Source of the DNA: Dhillonvirus LM40P1
Direction: 5' to 3' (one strand)
Sequence record: OZ035746.1
Length of the DNA stretch: 45,119 nucleotides
The position numbers and the translations under genes are program-made. Position 1 is the stretch's first letter; the number at the start of each line of letters is the position of its first letter. The notes beneath the pieces are model-generated. The model ran no database searches, was not told the origin of the DNA, and was given only the letters and a program-made list of their open reading frames with translations. This document shows positions 17,254-26,596 of the stretch, one piece after another.

Positions 17254-20200
17254 CTATCGTCTATTCCGTAACGGGCCATAAGGGCGGTGGTGGGAAACAG
17301 CATACCCCGCAAGAAACACCCGACAGCCTGCACTCGCTGGCTAAAATCCGCATTCTGCTAGCACTGGGAGAAGGGGAATTTGAAGGAATCCCGTCGGCAG
17401 CCGAGCTACGCAAGCGTGTCTATCTGGACGGCACGCCGATCATGAACGAGGATAACTCGGAAAACTTCCCTGGCGCGCGCGTTGAGTTCCGCCCAGGCAC
17501 ACAGCACCAGGACGTGATTCACGGATTTTCAGCCGTGGAAAGCGAGTCGTCGGTAAACGTCAAGCTGGAGCAGGGCGCACCGTGGGTACGTCAAATCACC
17601 GACACCAGTCTGGACGCGGTGCGCATTCGTATTGGCATTCCTGCGTTGTACACCAACGAAGATAACGGCGACCTGGTTGGTGGGCGTATCGACTATAAGA
17701 TCGTGGTGTACACCGACAACGCCGATCCGCGTGAGTTTGCATTCGCTGCCGTTGGTAAAACAATGTCGCTGTATGAGCGCGACCACCGCATCGAATTACC
17801 GTCGAACGTTAACACCGGCTGGCGCGTCGAAGTGCACCGCATCACCGCAGACTCCACCTCGGCGAAAGTGGTAAACGATATTCGCGTACAATCTATCACC
17901 GAGATAATCGACGCCCGTTTGCGCTACCCGCTAACCGCGTTGCTGTTCGTTGAGTTTGATGCGAAGGCTTTCCAGGATATCCCGCGCGTGTCTATCAAGT
18001 GCAAAGGCCGCAAAGTGCTGATCCCGACCAACTACGACCCGATCGCACATACCTATAGCGGCGACTGGGACGGCACTTTCAAGCGTGCATGGACGGATAA
18101 CCCTGCGTGGCACTGGTACGATATTTGTATTACGGAACGCTTCGGCCTCGGTCGTCGCATCAAGCCGCAGATGCTAAACCGCTATGCGCTTTACCAGATT
18201 GCACAACGCTGCGATCAGATGGTTAGTGACGGCAACGGCGGACAAGAAATCCGGTTTAAGAATGATATGTACATACAGTCGCAGACCGACGCATGGACCG
18301 TTCTGAAGGACTTAGCCGCCATCTTCGCCGGAATGACCTGGTGGGGCAATCAGATGCTGAATATTGTCAGTGACCAACCAGTCGCTGCAGTTTCGCACAC
18401 CATTACGAATGCCTCCGTTATTGATGGGCGATTCGATTATGCGTCTGGCAGCCAGAAGACTCGCTATTCAACATTCGCGGTGGCATACGGCAATCCGGCT
18501 AACCACTACGATGACGCAATCGCAACGGGCCAGCGCGTGGAACTGGTGCGCCGCCACAAGATTAACCGCCTTGATATTACGGCGATCGGCTGTACGCGTG
18601 AATCTGAAGCGCAACGCCGCGGTCACTGGGCGCTTATTTCAAACCAGCTTGACCAGCAGGTGAGCTTTAAAGTAGGTATGGAAGGTCTGTTCTTCATTCC
18701 GGGGAGCGTGGTCGCTATCGCCGACACCAACATTTCCGGCGGTTTCGAGATTCGCGGCGGTCGCTTACTGGAAGACCCCGGCACGCGCACGGTGCTTAAT
18801 ACTGACGAAGAAATCACCTTCCGCCCAGGAGATAAATTCCTGGTGCGCACTGCTAACGGTAATGTCGAGACTCGCACAATCTCCAGCGTCAACGGCAACA
18901 AGGTCACGCTATCCAGCGCACTGGATGCCGACCCGATCCCGTTCCAGCCGTTTTGCGTCGACGGTGATGATATTCAGGTGCAGAAGTTCCGCATCACCGA
19001 TCTGGAGTATGACGACGCAACCAGCACTTTCTCGGTGCGCGGGATTGAGTACAACGACAGCAAATATGATGCCGTTGATAATGGCGCTCGTCTTGATCCT
19101 GGCATCTTTACGCAAATGCCGGACGGTGTGCTGAAGGGGCCGGAATCCGTAACCATTACCCCGTCGCAGATTTCAAGCCAGGGTCAGTTAATCACCAACG
19201 TGGATATTGTCTTTCCACCGGTGAAAAATGCCGTTGTATATGAAATCCAGTGGCGAAGGACCAGCCTTCAGAATATGGCGTTGCAGTGGGGTAACGACTG
19301 GGTAAACTTGCCTCGTACGCCGTCGAACGGTGCACACATCCCCAACGTGTTCTCCGGTAACTACCAGGCGCGCGTCCGCGCAATCGGTATGGGTGAAATC
19401 TCATCCCCGTGGGTAGAGTCTGCCATCACGCCGATCGAGGGTCGTTTAGGTGGGCTGAATGCGCCAATCATTACGGCGGCAGTTTCCGGTTTGCATCAGA
19501 TCTTGTGGAAGTGGAATCACAACAACGCTGCGACCGATATTTCATACACAGAGCTTGAAGTGCGCAAGCCAGGGACTGAAGAGTGGCACTTCCTCACTAA
19601 CGTGCCGTACCCAGGCGCGGAGTACGCGCAGACTTCGCTTGAGTTCGGTATTTACCAGCAGTTGCGAGCACGCGTAGCAGATAAAATCGGCAACCTGTCC
19701 GATTGGTCCGCACCGTTTGAAGGCCAGGTGAGCGATAAAGTTGACGACTACATGAAGGGACTCGACGATGAGTTTCTTACTTCTGAAGACGGCAAGCACT
19801 TCCAGGAACAGATCGACACGTTCCCGCAAGGCATTTACGAGTCAATGCTTACGGACGCGCAGCAGTTGCTTAACGCACGTGCCGAGTATCAAGGTATTTA
19901 CGCCGAGATCAAAGTGGCCTATACCGTTGCTGCCGATGCGCACCAGGCGGTCGCTGAACTGGAAACGCTGATCGGCACGCGCCTTGATGATGCGGAAGCC
20001 GCAATCCATACGCTACAGACTGCGCAGAGCACACACGAACAGGCGTTCGCTCAGTACCAGCAAACGGTGTCAGCTAAGTTTGGCGATCAGGAAGCCGCAA
20101 TCCAGTCAGTGCAAACGGCAACGAGTGATGTAGCCAGCGCTCTGGCGACCTACAAAACACAGGTAGCCGCGCAGTTCGGGCAACAGTCCGCCGCGATCGA

Positions 20201-20696
20201 GCAGAAAATGACGTCTACGTTTAACCACTCTGGTGGTAACGCAACCTACAGCCTGAAAGCTGGAGTGACGTACAACGGGACGTATTATGATGCCGGTATG
20301 CAGCTTTCGGTAGTTGCCGAAGGGAACTCGGTTAAATCGCGCATCGCGTTCAAGGCGGACCAGTTCTACATCATGCACCCGTCGAACGGTACGCTATCCT
20401 CCGCGTTCATCGTTGACGGCGGGCAGGTGTACATCGACACGGCCAGAATCAAGAACGCGTCCATTAACTTTGCGCAGATCACGGACACGCTGCAATCCAA
20501 CAACTGGCAGCCTGGCAGCCAGGGGTGGCGAATCGCGAAGGATGGCGGCGCGGAGTTTAACAACGTGACAATCCGCGGCAACGTGTATGCGCAGACTGGT
20601 AACTTCGGTTTTTCAAGTGGGTCGGTACAAATCGACTGGTCGGGGGTAAACGTGCCGTTGCCTGGCGGAGGGCGGGTTAAAGTGGGGGTGTGGTAA
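17250..20696 (+). CDS. central tail fiber / host specificity protein J-like
   Basis: 1148-aa ORF at the end of the tail-tip module with ATGA overlap to the upstream gene; size and position typical of lambda J-like proteins. Confidence 0.8.
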   Translation: MTIVYSVTGHKGGGGKQHTPQETPDSLHSLAKIRILLALGEGEFEGIPSAAELRKRVYLDGTPIMNEDNSENFPGARVEFRPGTQHQDVIHGFSAVESESSVNVKLEQGAPWVRQITDTSLDAVRIRIGIPALYTNEDNGDLVGGRIDYKIVVYTDNADPREFAFAAVGKTMSLYERDHRIELPSNVNTGWRVEVHRITADSTSAKVVNDIRVQSITEIIDARLRYPLTALLFVEFDAKAFQDIPRVSIKCKGRKVLIPTNYDPIAHTYSGDWDGTFKRAWTDNPAWHWYDICITERFGLGRRIKPQMLNRYALYQIAQRCDQMVSDGNGGQEIRFKNDMYIQSQTDAWTVLKDLAAIFAGMTWWGNQMLNIVSDQPVAAVSHTITNASVIDGRFDYASGSQKTRYSTFAVAYGNPANHYDDAIATGQRVELVRRHKINRLDITAIGCTRESEAQRRGHWALISNQLDQQVSFKVGMEGLFFIPGSVVAIADTNISGGFEIRGGRLLEDPGTRTVLNTDEEITFRPGDKFLVRTANGNVETRTISSVNGNKVTLSSALDADPIPFQPFCVDGDDIQVQKFRITDLEYDDATSTFSVRGIEYNDSKYDAVDNGARLDPGIFTQMPDGVLKGPESVTITPSQISSQGQLITNVDIVFPPVKNAVVYEIQWRRTSLQNMALQWGNDWVNLPRTPSNGAHIPNVFSGNYQARVRAIGMGEISSPWVESAITPIEGRLGGLNAPIITAAVSGLHQILWKWNHNNAATDISYTELEVRKPGTEEWHFLTNVPYPGAEYAQTSLEFGIYQQLRARVADKIGNLSDWSAPFEGQVSDKVDDYMKGLDDEFLTSEDGKHFQEQIDTFPQGIYESMLTDAQQLLNARAEYQGIYAEIKVAYTVAADAHQAVAELETLIGTRLDDAEAAIHTLQTAQSTHEQAFAQYQQTVSAKFGDQEAAIQSVQTATSDVASALATYKTQVAAQFGQQSAAIEQKMTSTFNHSGGNATYSLKAGVTYNGTYYDAGMQLSVVAEGNSVKSRIAFKADQFYIMHPSNGTLSSAFIVDGGQVYIDTARIKNASINFAQITDTLQSNNWQPGSQGWRIAKDGGAEFNNVTIRGNVYAQTGNFGFSSGSVQIDWSGVNVPLPGGGRVKVGVW

Positions 20697-20702
20697 AACG
20701 CA

Positions 20703-20725
20703 AGGGGCCGTTTGGCCCCTTTCTT
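20703..20725. terminator. bidirectional terminator between J and the convergent minus-strand gene
   Basis: AGGGGCC-GTTT-GGCCCCT hairpin with a T-rich flank on the plus strand and a T-run on the minus strand; the stop of the minus-strand gene at 20724 lies in the flank. Confidence 0.6.
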
Positions 20726-21689
20726 AATACATATTAGGAAGGACAATCAGCGGTGTGGGTACGACAACATTGCGGTTAGGCATCTGGAATTGCTGCCGTG
20801 AATAGTTGCCAATGACGCGGTTTTTCGCTGCACCAACGACGCTACCCGCCATGCGGATCCCGTTCATTCGTACGTGGTTATAACCGCTATTGTTTTCAAT
20901 AAGCGCGCCCGTGTATGAAAGCTGAATAAGGCTGTTACCGATATTCTGCCACCCTGCGCTAAGGTCAACCGTCCCGTTAAACACAAACGGCTTATTGACG
21001 GTGGAGAATGTAACCTGGCCTGCGTTGTTGGTCATCGTGATACCGGTTCCGGGGCTTGGCGGTGTGTTATTGAATATAACCAATTCCATGTCAACGGCAG
21101 CACCCACATCATCAATCCCGCCGTAAGCCGCATTGCGGACGATAATACTGCCTCCATCGAAGCCAACCGACACGTTAGGGTCATCCCAACGGGCGAACGG
21201 AACACCTCCGACCGGCAGCGGCATACTTCCGTTCACATGGACGCGCTGCGCGTAGCGACAGGTCATCAGCCGAGCGACGTTTGATATGGCGGTGAAGTCC
21301 GTCGAGTTAGCCACCAGAAGCCCAGCATTACGCGACCCCACCGGCAGCACTTCCATAATCGTTCCCGCCCAGGTTGGAAGCCCGCTATAAGCGCCCAGCG
21401 CGTCAGCACCGTGCAGCGTAATTCCGCCATCACCATTTCGAGATATTGACGTTACAAACATCGGATCGGGTATTACCAGTGTTTGGTCGAACACTTCCAC
21501 CACTTCAACGGGATTAGTTAGCACGACTATAAGCTGCGATCCAGGCGTTAGCGGAGTATTGACTGTTAGCGTCTTGTCAGATTGGCAGCGCTGATTAAAA
21601 TTGGTACAAAAAGACGGAGCACGAAGCCCCGCCGTAATTTCCATTCTTGGACGTCCATCGTTGTATTCGATAAGGATACCTGCACCCAT
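20724..21689 (-). CDS. hypothetical beta-rich protein (321 aa), co-transcribed with the lipoprotein
   Basis: ORF 20724..21698; ATG 21689 sits directly after the lipoprotein stop (TAAATG) with a GGGAG RBS; Gly/Asn/Thr/Val-rich; no signal peptide seen; no domain recognised. Confidence 0.5.
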   Translation of the reverse strand: MGAGILIEYNDGRPRMEITAGLRAPSFCTNFNQRCQSDKTLTVNTPLTPGSQLIVVLTNPVEVVEVFDQTLVIPDPMFVTSISRNGDGGITLHGADALGAYSGLPTWAGTIMEVLPVGSRNAGLLVANSTDFTAISNVARLMTCRYAQRVHVNGSMPLPVGGVPFARWDDPNVSVGFDGGSIIVRNAAYGGIDDVGAAVDMELVIFNNTPPSPGTGITMTNNAGQVTFSTVNKPFVFNGTVDLSAGWQNIGNSLIQLSYTGALIENNSGYNHVRMNGIRMAGSVVGAAKNRVIGNYSRQQFQMPNRNVVVPTPLIVLPNMY

Positions 21690-21691
21690 AA

Positions 21692-21916
21692 TTACCACTC
21701 CCGTGATTTAACTGATACCGTACCAGAGAAGTTACCGTCTGAATCTGCCGCCAAACCGGTGAATCGCATGTCAATGTCTCCGGCAGCGACCTTTTGCCCG
21801 TCAACATAACGCAACATGCAGCTTCCCGCAACGTAGGTAACGCAATCGCCATTATGACGCTCAACAGCACAACCAGACAGCATAGCAACGACTAAAATAC
21901 TTAATAAAGTTTTCAT
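21692..21916 (-). CDS. small lipoprotein (74 aa), candidate superinfection-exclusion protein (Cor/Llp-like)
   Basis: ORF 21692..21961; ATG 21916 with AAGGAGA RBS; signal peptide and lipobox MKTLLSILVVAMLSGC; own promoter; sits between the J and tail fiber genes on the opposite strand. Confidence 0.5.
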   Translation of the reverse strand: MKTLLSILVVAMLSGCAVERHNGDCVTYVAGSCMLRYVDGQKVAAGDIDMRFTGLAADSDGNFSGTVSVKSREW

Positions 21917-21945
21917 GGTATCATCTCCTTTGTTTTGACAACTTA

Positions 21946-21974
21946 AATATAGTGCAACCAATACGTGATTGCAA
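21946..21974 (-). promoter_or_regulatory. sigma70-like promoter TTGCAA-N17-TATATT (recurring family)
   Basis: Minus-strand reading: TTGCAA (21974..21969), 17-nt spacer containing ATTGGTTGCA, TATATT (21951..21946); about 30 nt upstream of the lipoprotein ATG. Confidence 0.5.
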
Positions 21975-21997
21975 CCAATTTATGAGGAGTTTTCGCT

Positions 21998-24031
21998 ATG
22001 GCAGCGGGTACACTTAACGTAACAAACAACAGCAAGGCCGTAACGGGGTCGGGCACGACGTTTACGTCATTGAAAGCGGGCGACTTTTTATCGCTGGTGG
22101 TGGGGCAAGTCCCGTACACCGTCGCGATTGAGTCAATCCAGAGCAACACGGCGCTTACGCTGGCGCTGCCGTTTGACGGCCCAACGTCTACCGGTCTGGC
22201 GTGGGACTCCGTATCCCGCGATACGATGTCGCTGGCGACTATGGGTGTGACCGTACAGGCGCAGAAAGCGCTACGCATGTTGATTGCTGACGAAAACAAC
22301 TGGCGAGCAATATTCGGCGACGCAGAGCAAATCAGCGTGACACTGCCAAACGGCACGGTTATGCAGGGTATGTCGTGGGGCTATTTGTCCAGCCTTCTAA
22401 AAGACGTCGATCCGGTTGAGCTTCAGAATATTGCCAACCAGGCGGTTAACGCTAAAAACCAGGCTGTAACGGCGAAGAACGACGCCGTGTCTGCTAAGAA
22501 CGATGCGCAGACTGCGAAGACTGCCGCAGAAACAGCGCGCACACAGGCCCAGTCGGCTAAGACCGCCGCAGAGTCAGCACGTGACGACGCGCAGACGGCT
22601 AAGACTGCCGCAGAAACAGCACGCACCCATGCACAGACCGCGAAGACCGCCGCAGAAACCGCCCAGGGTGCGGCGGAAGACGCCCGCGATGAGGCGAAGC
22701 AATATGCAGAGCAAGCCGGAGCACCATATAAGCAGGTATTACAACCGCTACCAGACGTGTGGGTTCCGTTTAACGATTCGCTGGATATGCTCGCAGGCTT
22801 CGCGCCAGGATACAAGACGGTTACGGTAGCCGACGACGAGGTTACTATGCCGAGCGACAAGGTGGTGTCGTTCAAGCGCGCATCAACGGCAACATATATT
22901 AACAAGTCCGGCGAGTTTAAAATCGCAGAGATTGACGAGCCGAGATTCGAAAAATACGGCCTGCTCATTGAAGGCCAACGCACTAACTATTTCTCCAACT
23001 CCAACACGCCGGAATCATGGAATACAAATCCGAGTCTGACGCGCAGCGAAACTAAGACTGACAGTCGCGGTTTTACTTACGCAACATTTACGCCAGGAAG
23101 TTATGTAGGACAGGTCGGTACGTACACGATTATTGCGGGAGCGTCGGCAAGTCCCATTGACGCAGTGCAAGACGACCATGTAACCATTTCGTTTAGGGCT
23201 AAGGGTGCTAAGCTGCGAATTGGTGCGCGATTTGACAAGGGAAGCCCACTAACCACGGTAGCGATCATGTACGTGGATATGGACGACCTTTCCGTATACA
23301 CATCGGGGGCTGACGCTGATAATCTGGTGGTGAAAAACGTATCCCGCGATGGGGAATGGGTGCTGGTTGAAGCTATTTATAAGGTGACGGACGACTCCGC
23401 CCAGGTTCGCGGGGTGGTATCGATGGCTAACCAAAGCGGCGCTCTGTTTGACGCAACCAGCACCGTCGATGTCACTACACCGCAAGTGGAGTTAGGAATT
23501 AGTGCGTCGTCGTTTATCCCAACCGCCAGCACGCCAACGACGCGAGCAAGCGATATGGTTAATATCCCAGTAACCAACAATCTACCAAACATTCCGATTA
23601 GTGTGATGACCGAAGTGCGCCGCGGTTGGGATAAAGCGCCTAGTTCGGCACCGAGGATTGCGAACACCATCGGCGTTGCAAATAACAGCGAACAGATTAT
23701 TCTGGCGTTCCGCAATCCGGCGGATCTATCGGTGCAGCCGCTACCATATGCGCAGATGGGTGTGGCACAGGCCTACGTGCCTGCGGGGTTACAACCAGGC
23801 AGGCTTATGGTGGCGGGATTCGTCGGCGGGTCAAATGGGAAGTTCAAAGCGGTTGTAAACGGCACTATGTCGCCGGAGTCTACGTCTAACTGGGCCGGGC
23901 CAGGGGCCGCCACTCAAATCCGAATCGGCGGGTCTTCGGCAGGTGGCGAGCGCCACCTTTTTGGGCACGTCCGTAACTTCCGCATCTGGCATAAAGCACT
24001 GACCGACTTACAAATGGGAGAATTAGTATGA
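21998..24031 (+). CDS. side tail fiber protein
   Basis: 677-aa ORF with GAGGAG RBS; fiber-type N-terminus; tandem Ala/Lys/Thr-rich repeats; C-terminal segment VRNFRIWHKALT. Confidence 0.7.
   Translation: MAAGTLNVTNNSKAVTGSGTTFTSLKAGDFLSLVVGQVPYTVAIESIQSNTALTLALPFDGPTSTGLAWDSVSRDTMSLATMGVTVQAQKALRMLIADENNWRAIFGDAEQISVTLPNGTVMQGMSWGYLSSLLKDVDPVELQNIANQAVNAKNQAVTAKNDAVSAKNDAQTAKTAAETARTQAQSAKTAAESARDDAQTAKTAAETARTHAQTAKTAAETAQGAAEDARDEAKQYAEQAGAPYKQVLQPLPDVWVPFNDSLDMLAGFAPGYKTVTVADDEVTMPSDKVVSFKRASTATYINKSGEFKIAEIDEPRFEKYGLLIEGQRTNYFSNSNTPESWNTNPSLTRSETKTDSRGFTYATFTPGSYVGQVGTYTIIAGASASPIDAVQDDHVTISFRAKGAKLRIGARFDKGSPLTTVAIMYVDMDDLSVYTSGADADNLVVKNVSRDGEWVLVEAIYKVTDDSAQVRGVVSMANQSGALFDATSTVDVTTPQVELGISASSFIPTASTPTTRASDMVNIPVTNNLPNIPISVMTEVRRGWDKAPSSAPRIANTIGVANNSEQIILAFRNPADLSVQPLPYAQMGVAQAYVPAGLQPGRLMVAGFVGGSNGKFKAVVNGTMSPESTSNWAGPGAATQIRIGGSSAGGERHLFGHVRNFRIWHKALTDLQMGELV
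22505..22672 (+). repeat. four tandem 42-bp repeats inside the tail fiber gene
   Basis: Units starting 22505, 22547, 22589, 22631 (GCGCAGACTGCGAAGACTGCCGCAGAAACAGCGCGCACACAG and variants) encoding AQTAKTAAETART-type 14-aa repeats. Confidence 0.55.
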
Positions 24032-24285
24032 AAGACTTAACGCTGAAGTTTGAAAGCAAGGCCGCTTTTGCGGCCTTCAAAGCGCAATTAAACTGGGATG
24101 AGAACGAGGCGTTGCAGGATGATATTCTGCTTGATGTCATCGGCAACGTGTATGAGGGTGATGAGGATAATCTCGTTGCCGTTGAGGGCTACTTCGTTAA
24201 CGTGCGCATTCTTGACGACGACCACGGCATTAACTTTGAGCAGTATGCCGTTGTGTTAGACTCACCACTTCGTCAATGGGCTTAA
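24028..24285 (+). CDS. hypothetical small acidic protein (possible fiber assembly factor)
   Basis: 85-aa ORF with ATGA overlap to the fiber gene stop; lies between two fiber genes. Confidence 0.4.
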   Translation: MKDLTLKFESKAAFAAFKAQLNWDENEALQDDILLDVIGNVYEGDEDNLVAVEGYFVNVRILDDDHGINFEQYAVVLDSPLRQWA

Positions 24286-24296
24286 GAGGGTAAATC

Positions 24297-25178
24297 ATGG
24301 TTACTAAAACAAACATCCCAGCGGATATTACGGCGCTGAAAAATTCTACTTCATCATTGTCGTCTGACAAGATGGATAAGTCAGCCAATTTGTCGGACCT
24401 GGCAGACAAAACTGAGGCGCGAAGTCATCTTGGTTTAGGGTCAGCAGCCACGTTGGACGTAGGGGATAGCAGCGGAAACGCGATGAAGGTTGGTGATTTT
24501 GGATTGGGGCGACCTAACGGCGCTAAGGTTTTCTATACTACCTCGCAAGACACGCTACTTGCTGAACTGGACCAATACGGTTTATGTGTGTTCAGGAACG
24601 ACCTGCAGATCGCTGCGCCGTGGGATATTTGGAACTATTCATCAAACCTGTTCTTCCACGCCGGAGATACTTACAGTATGCTAAGCATACCGTTTGAGGC
24701 GGCTGGTAAGGTGAAGGTTTTCGGAGGTGCCGCGGGTTACGGGTGGAAGACAGGGCGAACACTGCTCGATAACACAACGACGACTATTGACACTAACGGA
24801 TTTGTCAAGCAAGCATCGCCGATTGTTAAAGTATTTGGTGATGGTAAATTTGAGGTTAATGAAGAGTCGAAAGGGGCTAGTGTAGATCGCATATCCGTCG
24901 GCGTTTATCGTATCTCTGGTGTTCTCGGTCTTAACTCAGATGCGGCCTGGGGTGGCGTAGGCGGTGGCTTCGAGATTCCGGTAGACATCAACAAGCAGCC
25001 GCGGGTGTGGGTTGACTTCGAGGTTGAGCCTGAAGGGTCTATCATTCTTAAAACGTACCACCGGACACACGACACGGCTCCGTCTTTTGCAAAAAACATA
25101 ATTGACGGCGTTAATGACGGCGATCCGGTAGATATTCCATCAGACGCTTTTATCTCAGTTCGCGTTAACATGCCGTAA
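24297..25178 (+). CDS. second tail fiber / receptor-binding protein (putative)
   Basis: N-terminal motif ANLSDLADKTEARSHLGLGSAA typical of phage fiber N-termini; Gly-rich beta-type remainder; strong terminator downstream. Confidence 0.5.
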   Translation: MVTKTNIPADITALKNSTSSLSSDKMDKSANLSDLADKTEARSHLGLGSAATLDVGDSSGNAMKVGDFGLGRPNGAKVFYTTSQDTLLAELDQYGLCVFRNDLQIAAPWDIWNYSSNLFFHAGDTYSMLSIPFEAAGKVKVFGGAAGYGWKTGRTLLDNTTTTIDTNGFVKQASPIVKVFGDGKFEVNEESKGASVDRISVGVYRISGVLGLNSDAAWGGVGGGFEIPVDINKQPRVWVDFEVEPEGSIILKTYHRTHDTAPSFAKNIIDGVNDGDPVDIPSDAFISVRVNMP

Positions 25179-25184
25179 GTGGAA

Positions 25185-25206
25185 AGGGGCCAAACGGCCC
25201 CTTTTT
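25185..25206. terminator. terminator at the convergence of the late and minus-strand operons
   Basis: AGGGGCC-AAAC-GGCCCCT hairpin followed by TTTTT; the stop of the minus-strand gene at 25206 abuts it. Confidence 0.65.
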
Positions 25207-25781
25207 CATTGTGCGGATTCCCAGTCTATCTTTCGGCGTATTGTAGGACTTTCGAAATACTCTTTGCCGTCTACTTCAACCAAAGGCCAGTCGTTCACAA
25301 TGGCGTATGGATCTGCGACCTCTTCGATTATGCCGGTGGCTTTATGCTGACCAAACTCTACCAGCACCAGAATCACCCCGGCAACGCGACGCTCCATATA
25401 CTCGTATGCGCAACGTGCTTCAACCAGACCGCGACGGATGCCGGTAGTGGCCTTCACTTCGTACGACCAGACGGCATCAATAACCTGGTCTTTGTAATCC
25501 GGCCCTACTTTCACTTTGCGCTTACCCAGCATTACCACATCGCCACGGTTCATGGTGTTGCCGCTAAATAATCCGGTGCGCTGGAGTAAGCCTTGAGGGA
25601 TGCAACTGCGACCGCCGGTTTGCCCTTCCAGATACATCCCTGCGAACATCTCGCCCAGTACACCAACGAGACGGCTTTGCTTGCACGCGTCGGAACGGTT
25701 ACGCCAGTAGTCAAACTCAATGCTTGCAATCAACGATGCCAGATGAAATGCTTTGCCAGATAATTCATATTCACCGTACAT
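25206..25781 (-). CDS. hypothetical protein with PD-(D/E)xK-like nuclease motif
   Basis: 191-aa ORF; GGAG RBS; GDVVMLG...(about 20 aa)...IDAVWSYEVK is compatible with a D...(D/E)xK nuclease core; last gene of the minus-strand operon. Confidence 0.4.
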   Translation of the reverse strand: MYGEYELSGKAFHLASLIASIEFDYWRNRSDACKQSRLVGVLGEMFAGMYLEGQTGGRSCIPQGLLQRTGLFSGNTMNRGDVVMLGKRKVKVGPDYKDQVIDAVWSYEVKATTGIRRGLVEARCAYEYMERRVAGVILVLVEFGQHKATGIIEEVADPYAIVNDWPLVEVDGKEYFESPTIRRKIDWESAQ

Positions 25782-25825
25782 GATTAAACTCCTTCAGGTT
25801 GCGGGCCGAAGCCCGCGATTAATGA

Positions 25826-26296
25826 TTATTTAAGTGCGCGAGTTACCAGTGTTTTTTCCATATTGCGGAAGTCTTCCTCGGTCATCTGGATTTTCGACCC
25901 GTCTTCACCGTACAGCGTCACCAGCGGTTGAGCTTTCGCTAAAACTCCCTTCGGCAGCGACCACGCATCAACCTGTTTCTTCAGGCTTTCCAACTGCGCT
26001 GCCGTTACGTCGATCTGGATCTCGTCATGCACAGTTGTGTAAGACTCACCCAGTAGCGCGGAATATGCCACTAAATCCACAATGTTATCTTCCTGGTGTT
26101 TACGGGTCTGGCGTACCAGCTTCAGGCAAATCATAAATACCCAGGCTTCTTGCTCGGTAAGGTCACGACCGGTTAGTGCGTTGAATACGGCAGCAATCTG
26201 TTTAGCGCTGCGTTCTTCTTTGCTGTCATATCCATTTTCTTTCCCGCGCTGTTCCATAGTGGTGGCGGCGTTTTTGCAGTATTCGAATGCTTTCAT
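25826..26296 (-). CDS. hypothetical protein (possibly all-alpha NTP-pyrophosphohydrolase-like)
   Basis: 156-aa ORF with AAGGAGA RBS and the promoter at 26342-26370 upstream; the functional guess rests on weak motif resemblance only. Confidence 0.45.
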   Translation of the reverse strand: MKAFEYCKNAATTMEQRGKENGYDSKEERSAKQIAAVFNALTGRDLTEQEAWVFMICLKLVRQTRKHQEDNIVDLVAYSALLGESYTTVHDEIQIDVTAAQLESLKKQVDAWSLPKGVLAKAQPLVTLYGEDGSKIQMTEEDFRNMEKTLVTRALK

Positions 26297-26341
26297 GGTT
26301 TATCTCCTTGAGGGGCGGCGGTATTGCCTCCCGATGTGGTT

Positions 26342-26370
26342 AATATAGTGCAACCAAATACGGATTGCAA
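26342..26370 (-). promoter_or_regulatory. sigma70-like promoter TTGCAA-N17-TATATT (recurring family)
   Basis: Minus-strand reading: TTGCAA (26370..26365), spacer containing TTGGTTGCA, TATATT (26347..26342); overlaps the 3' end of the upstream gene. Confidence 0.5.
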
Positions 26371-26374
26371 CCAA

Positions 26375-26596
26375 TTATTTTAATTCCTCAATCAAATTGG
26401 CACGGACAATACGGGCCGAGAAGGCATCGCACACAAGATGGCAACGCGCCGTCATGACAAGCCAGCCGGTTAGGTCACGGCCTAGCAATTGCTCCGGGCG
26501 GCTTACCCGCAATACTTTATTTCCAGGGAAAACCTGGTAACGTTTAATGATCTCATCCACGACGCGCGGACTGCGATCGACGACTAAGATATTCAT
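26375..26596 (-). CDS. hypothetical protein (73 aa)
   Basis: ATG 26596 with AAGGAGA RBS; overlaps the 3' end of the methyltransferase gene. Confidence 0.45.
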   Translation of the reverse strand: MNILVVDRSPRVVDEIIKRYQVFPGNKVLRVSRPEQLLGRDLTGWLVMTARCHLVCDAFSARIVRANLIEELK

